Notes under the pieces: generated by a model
Told to the model about the DNA's origin: nothing
The model's database searches: none
Seen by the model: only the letters and a program-made list of their open reading frames with translations
Part shown: positions 61,626 to 64,000 of the stretch, piece by piece
How positions within the stretch are numbered: position 1 is the first letter of the stretch
Layout: every line of letters starts with the position of its first letter
DNA from: Chromatiales bacterium 21-64-14
GTDB taxonomy: Bacteria > Pseudomonadota > Gammaproteobacteria > 21-64-14
NCBI GenBank assembly: GCA_002255365.1
Contig: NCBI01000013.1
Location: forward strand, 955-64,954
Length of the DNA: 64,000 nucleotides
Direction of reading: 5' to 3'
Made by a program: the position numbers and the translations under genes

Positions 61626-63551
61626 ATGGGTAACACCGACCTCGGCGGATCCGACGGGCAACCTCACGATGAGGCGCAGCCGGTGAGCGATAGGTCCTTT
61701 GGCGACTCGCAAAGCGGTGAACGGACCGGCTCGAGTAGCCCTCGAGGCGCCGCTGACATTTCGGTCGGATCTGTTGCGGCCAGCGGTGATAGAGACCGCA
61801 GCGTGGAGTGTGCTCGCTGGCGGTCAGCGATCCGGCGGATGCGACTCGGTGCCCGCAATGGCCGATCCACAGCGAGAGCGGTGCATAAAGAGGTCAGTCT
61901 GGGGACGTCGCCGTCACGGATGGCGGTGCTGGCCCTACTCGGCCTCGTCCTCGGTGGTGTGGGTGGTGTGGCCGCCTACCTCATCGTCCATCTGGTGGGG
62001 CTGATCAGCAACCTGGCGTTGCTCCATCGGGTAGGGTTTAACTTGCCAGACCTGCAGGACTATCACCCGTCGTGGGTCCTGGTGCCGATCGCGCTTGGCG
62101 GCGCGGTTGTGGTCGTAGGGCTCGCCAAGTGGTGCCCGATCATCAAAGGTCACGGGATCCCCGAGGCCCTCGAAGCCATATTGTTCCGCGAAAGCCGAGT
62201 AACGCCTCGAGCGGCGCTGGCCAAGCCGGTGTCGGCGGCAGTGGCGATGGGCACGGGCGGTCCGTTCGGCGCTGAAGGTCCGATCATCGTCACCGGCGCC
62301 TCGATCGGTTCTCTTCTCGGTCAGTTGTTGCCGGTCAGTACGGCCGAGCGTCGTATCCTGCTCGCCACTGGTGCTGCCGCCGGCATGGCCGGTGTGTTCG
62401 CGACCCCGATCGCCGCGGTGATCCTGCCGCTCGAGCTGCTGGTATTCGAGCGATCCCTTCGTGCTCTGCTACCGCTCTGCGTCGCCACGGCGGTGGCGAC
62501 GGCGCTGCACGAGGTGTTGATAAGCGCACATCCTCTTTTCCCCTTGGACTACATTCCCCACGTACCGCCTGTGCAGCTGCCGCTGTTCGCTGTCGTGGGC
62601 TTGGCTGCGGGGGTTCTCGCAGTGGTGCTGAATCGGGGCTTGTTCGCTGTCGAAGAGATCTTTCGGCGGCTCCCGGTCCCTGAATGGTCGCATCCAATCA
62701 TCGGTGCGCTCGGCTACGCCCTGATCGGACTCGGCGTTCCTGGCTCGTTGTCGGTCGGTTACTGGGCCATCACCAACGCCGTCAACGGCCGCTTCCTGCT
62801 CGGCGCCGCCGCGGCGCTGTTTGTAGCCAAGATGTGCTCGTGGTGGGTTGGGCTTGGCTCCAACACCTCAGGGGGTACGCTCGCGCCGATGTTCCTGGTC
62901 GGGGCGTGCATGGGCGAGATGATCGGCATCGGTTTCGCCCATGCGTTTCCCGGCGCTCATATCCAACCCGGAGCCTTCGCCCTGGTGGGCATGGGCGTCA
63001 CCTTCGGTGTCGGTGCCAGGGCGTTGCTCACCGGCGTCGTATTCGCGGCCGAGGTCACTGGAGGCTTCGCGCTGCTCCTGCCTTTGCTGCTGGCGACTGC
63101 CGTGGCCGAGCTCGTAGTCGAACAGGGTCTCGGCGAACGGATCATGACCGACAAACTATTTCATCGTGGCTTTCGAGTCGACTTCGACACCCAGACCGAC
63201 CCCCTGCGGATGCGGATTGTCGCCGCAGTCATGGACCCGATTCCACAGGACGGCACGGTGTCGACCGCCCCCTCGTGCACGGATCCGACGGTGGACCGTT
63301 GGGCGTACCTCGCCGACGCGTTGCCGTATCTCCTCCAGCCGAGCTGTTCCAGAGTCGCGGTGACCGATCAGACGAAAGTGGTCGGCTATGTCACTCGGGA
63401 ACACGTCGATGCCGAGTTGCGGCGGCGCGCGTCAGAAGAGGACATCGTGCTACCCACGCTGAAATGGCTCAAGCTACCGTGGATGGCCCGACGCACCCCA
63501 GCCGACTCCCGCACCAACGCACGCTCGGAAGCTGTTGCCGAGGAAGATTGA
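61626..63551 (+). CDS. ClC-family chloride channel / H+-Cl- antiporter
   Basis: ClC motifs GSGIP-like (KGHGIPEA), GxFxP (GGPFGAEGP), and later GTFGV. ATG at 61626 with GGAG RBS. Confidence 0.85.
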   Translation: MGNTDLGGSDGQPHDEAQPVSDRSFGDSQSGERTGSSSPRGAADISVGSVAASGDRDRSVECARWRSAIRRMRLGARNGRSTARAVHKEVSLGTSPSRMAVLALLGLVLGGVGGVAAYLIVHLVGLISNLALLHRVGFNLPDLQDYHPSWVLVPIALGGAVVVVGLAKWCPIIKGHGIPEALEAILFRESRVTPRAALAKPVSAAVAMGTGGPFGAEGPIIVTGASIGSLLGQLLPVSTAERRILLATGAAAGMAGVFATPIAAVILPLELLVFERSLRALLPLCVATAVATALHEVLISAHPLFPLDYIPHVPPVQLPLFAVVGLAAGVLAVVLNRGLFAVEEIFRRLPVPEWSHPIIGALGYALIGLGVPGSLSVGYWAITNAVNGRFLLGAAAALFVAKMCSWWVGLGSNTSGGTLAPMFLVGACMGEMIGIGFAHAFPGAHIQPGAFALVGMGVTFGVGARALLTGVVFAAEVTGGFALLLPLLLATAVAELVVEQGLGERIMTDKLFHRGFRVDFDTQTDPLRMRIVAAVMDPIPQDGTVSTAPSCTDPTVDRWAYLADALPYLLQPSCSRVAVTDQTKVVGYVTREHVDAELRRRASEEDIVLPTLKWLKLPWMARRTPADSRTNARSEAVAEED

Positions 63552-63940
63552 GCCGAGAAGGCTCGCACCCAGCCCTGAGCGAGCACCGACCGGCCAAAAT
63601 GTGAACCCAACCATACGGAGCCCGGCCCAACCTGCGAGCAGACGCGGGTCGGCGGTTCGATGGCATTGATTGCTTGGCGCAGGAGCGCCGCCGGATGTCG
63701 GGCCAATACAGAGGCCCAGGTCTCGATCCGGTGTTACCCGGCTTTTTGATCTCGGAATCTGCACCAACCGATTTTTCTGTAATCCCCCCATTTTTGATCA
63801 GATCCAGACATTGGAGCAGCGCTTAAAGAGGCTCTGTCGAATTTGGATTAAGTCCCACCGTCTCATTCTGCTCGCGGATCATTGCCTCCAGCCTGCGCCC
63901 GCGGGCGTTTGCCACCTATTGATTCGGCCCTTAAACAGTA

Positions 63941-64000
63941 TCAAGCGGCGTACTTGACGCGTGGATCGCGGAAGTAGGCTTTGACGCGCTCGGGTTCGCT
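63941..64000 (-). CDS. C-terminal end of an unidentified gene running in from beyond the 3' edge (...SEPERVKAYFRDPRVKYAA*)
   Basis: Open frame from base 64000 to the TGA at 63943..63941. Too short to classify. Confidence 0.2.
   Translation of the reverse strand, partial: SEPERVKAYFRDPRVKYAA

Noticed and set aside
1-64000. CRISPR arrays, rRNA, tRNA, integrases or transposases
   Set aside because: No direct-repeat/spacer architecture, no conserved rRNA/tRNA signatures and no recombinase motifs were seen anywhere in the window.

Overview
This is a high-GC (~65%) proteobacterial chromosomal window. Bases 617-38513 are taken up by a large exosortase-A (XrtA)/PEP-CTERM exopolysaccharide locus. 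It contains an XrtA-EpsI fusion, a PrsT-like TPR lipoprotein, and a PEP-CTERM-locus AAA ATPase. It also encodes a tyrosine autokinase, a chain-length determinant, a Wza-like exporter, an outer-membrane barrel, a Wzx flippase and an O-antigen-ligase-like polymerase. At least seven GT4 glycosyltransferases and the stp1/stp2 sugar transferases are present. Tailoring functions include two FemAB-like proteins, two AsnB-like amidotransferases, two NodB deacetylases, a PaaK/CapK-like adenylating ligase, WecB, two SAM methyltransferases and a sulfotransferase. There is a single PEP-CTERM substrate gene (VPDP variant of the sorting motif), and it sits behind a textbook sigma-54 promoter. Downstream of the locus lie a DUF3311 plus sodium:solute symporter pair, a cluster of hypothetical, outer-membrane and truncated beta-propeller genes, an ABC-F ATPase, a PABS-like methyltransferase, and a second small glycan module (secreted protein, flippase, GT4). 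After that come an AT-rich island, a complete kdpFABCDE operon with odd start-codon situations for kdpE and kdpA, a degraded gene remnant, and a divergent marR-ClC chloride channel pair. I recognised no rRNA, tRNA or CRISPR array. Many long antisense ORFs in the track are GC-content artefacts. Start codons were refined by residue arithmetic from the ORF track and spot-checked against the sequence. Family assignments come from motif recognition by eye, not database searches.
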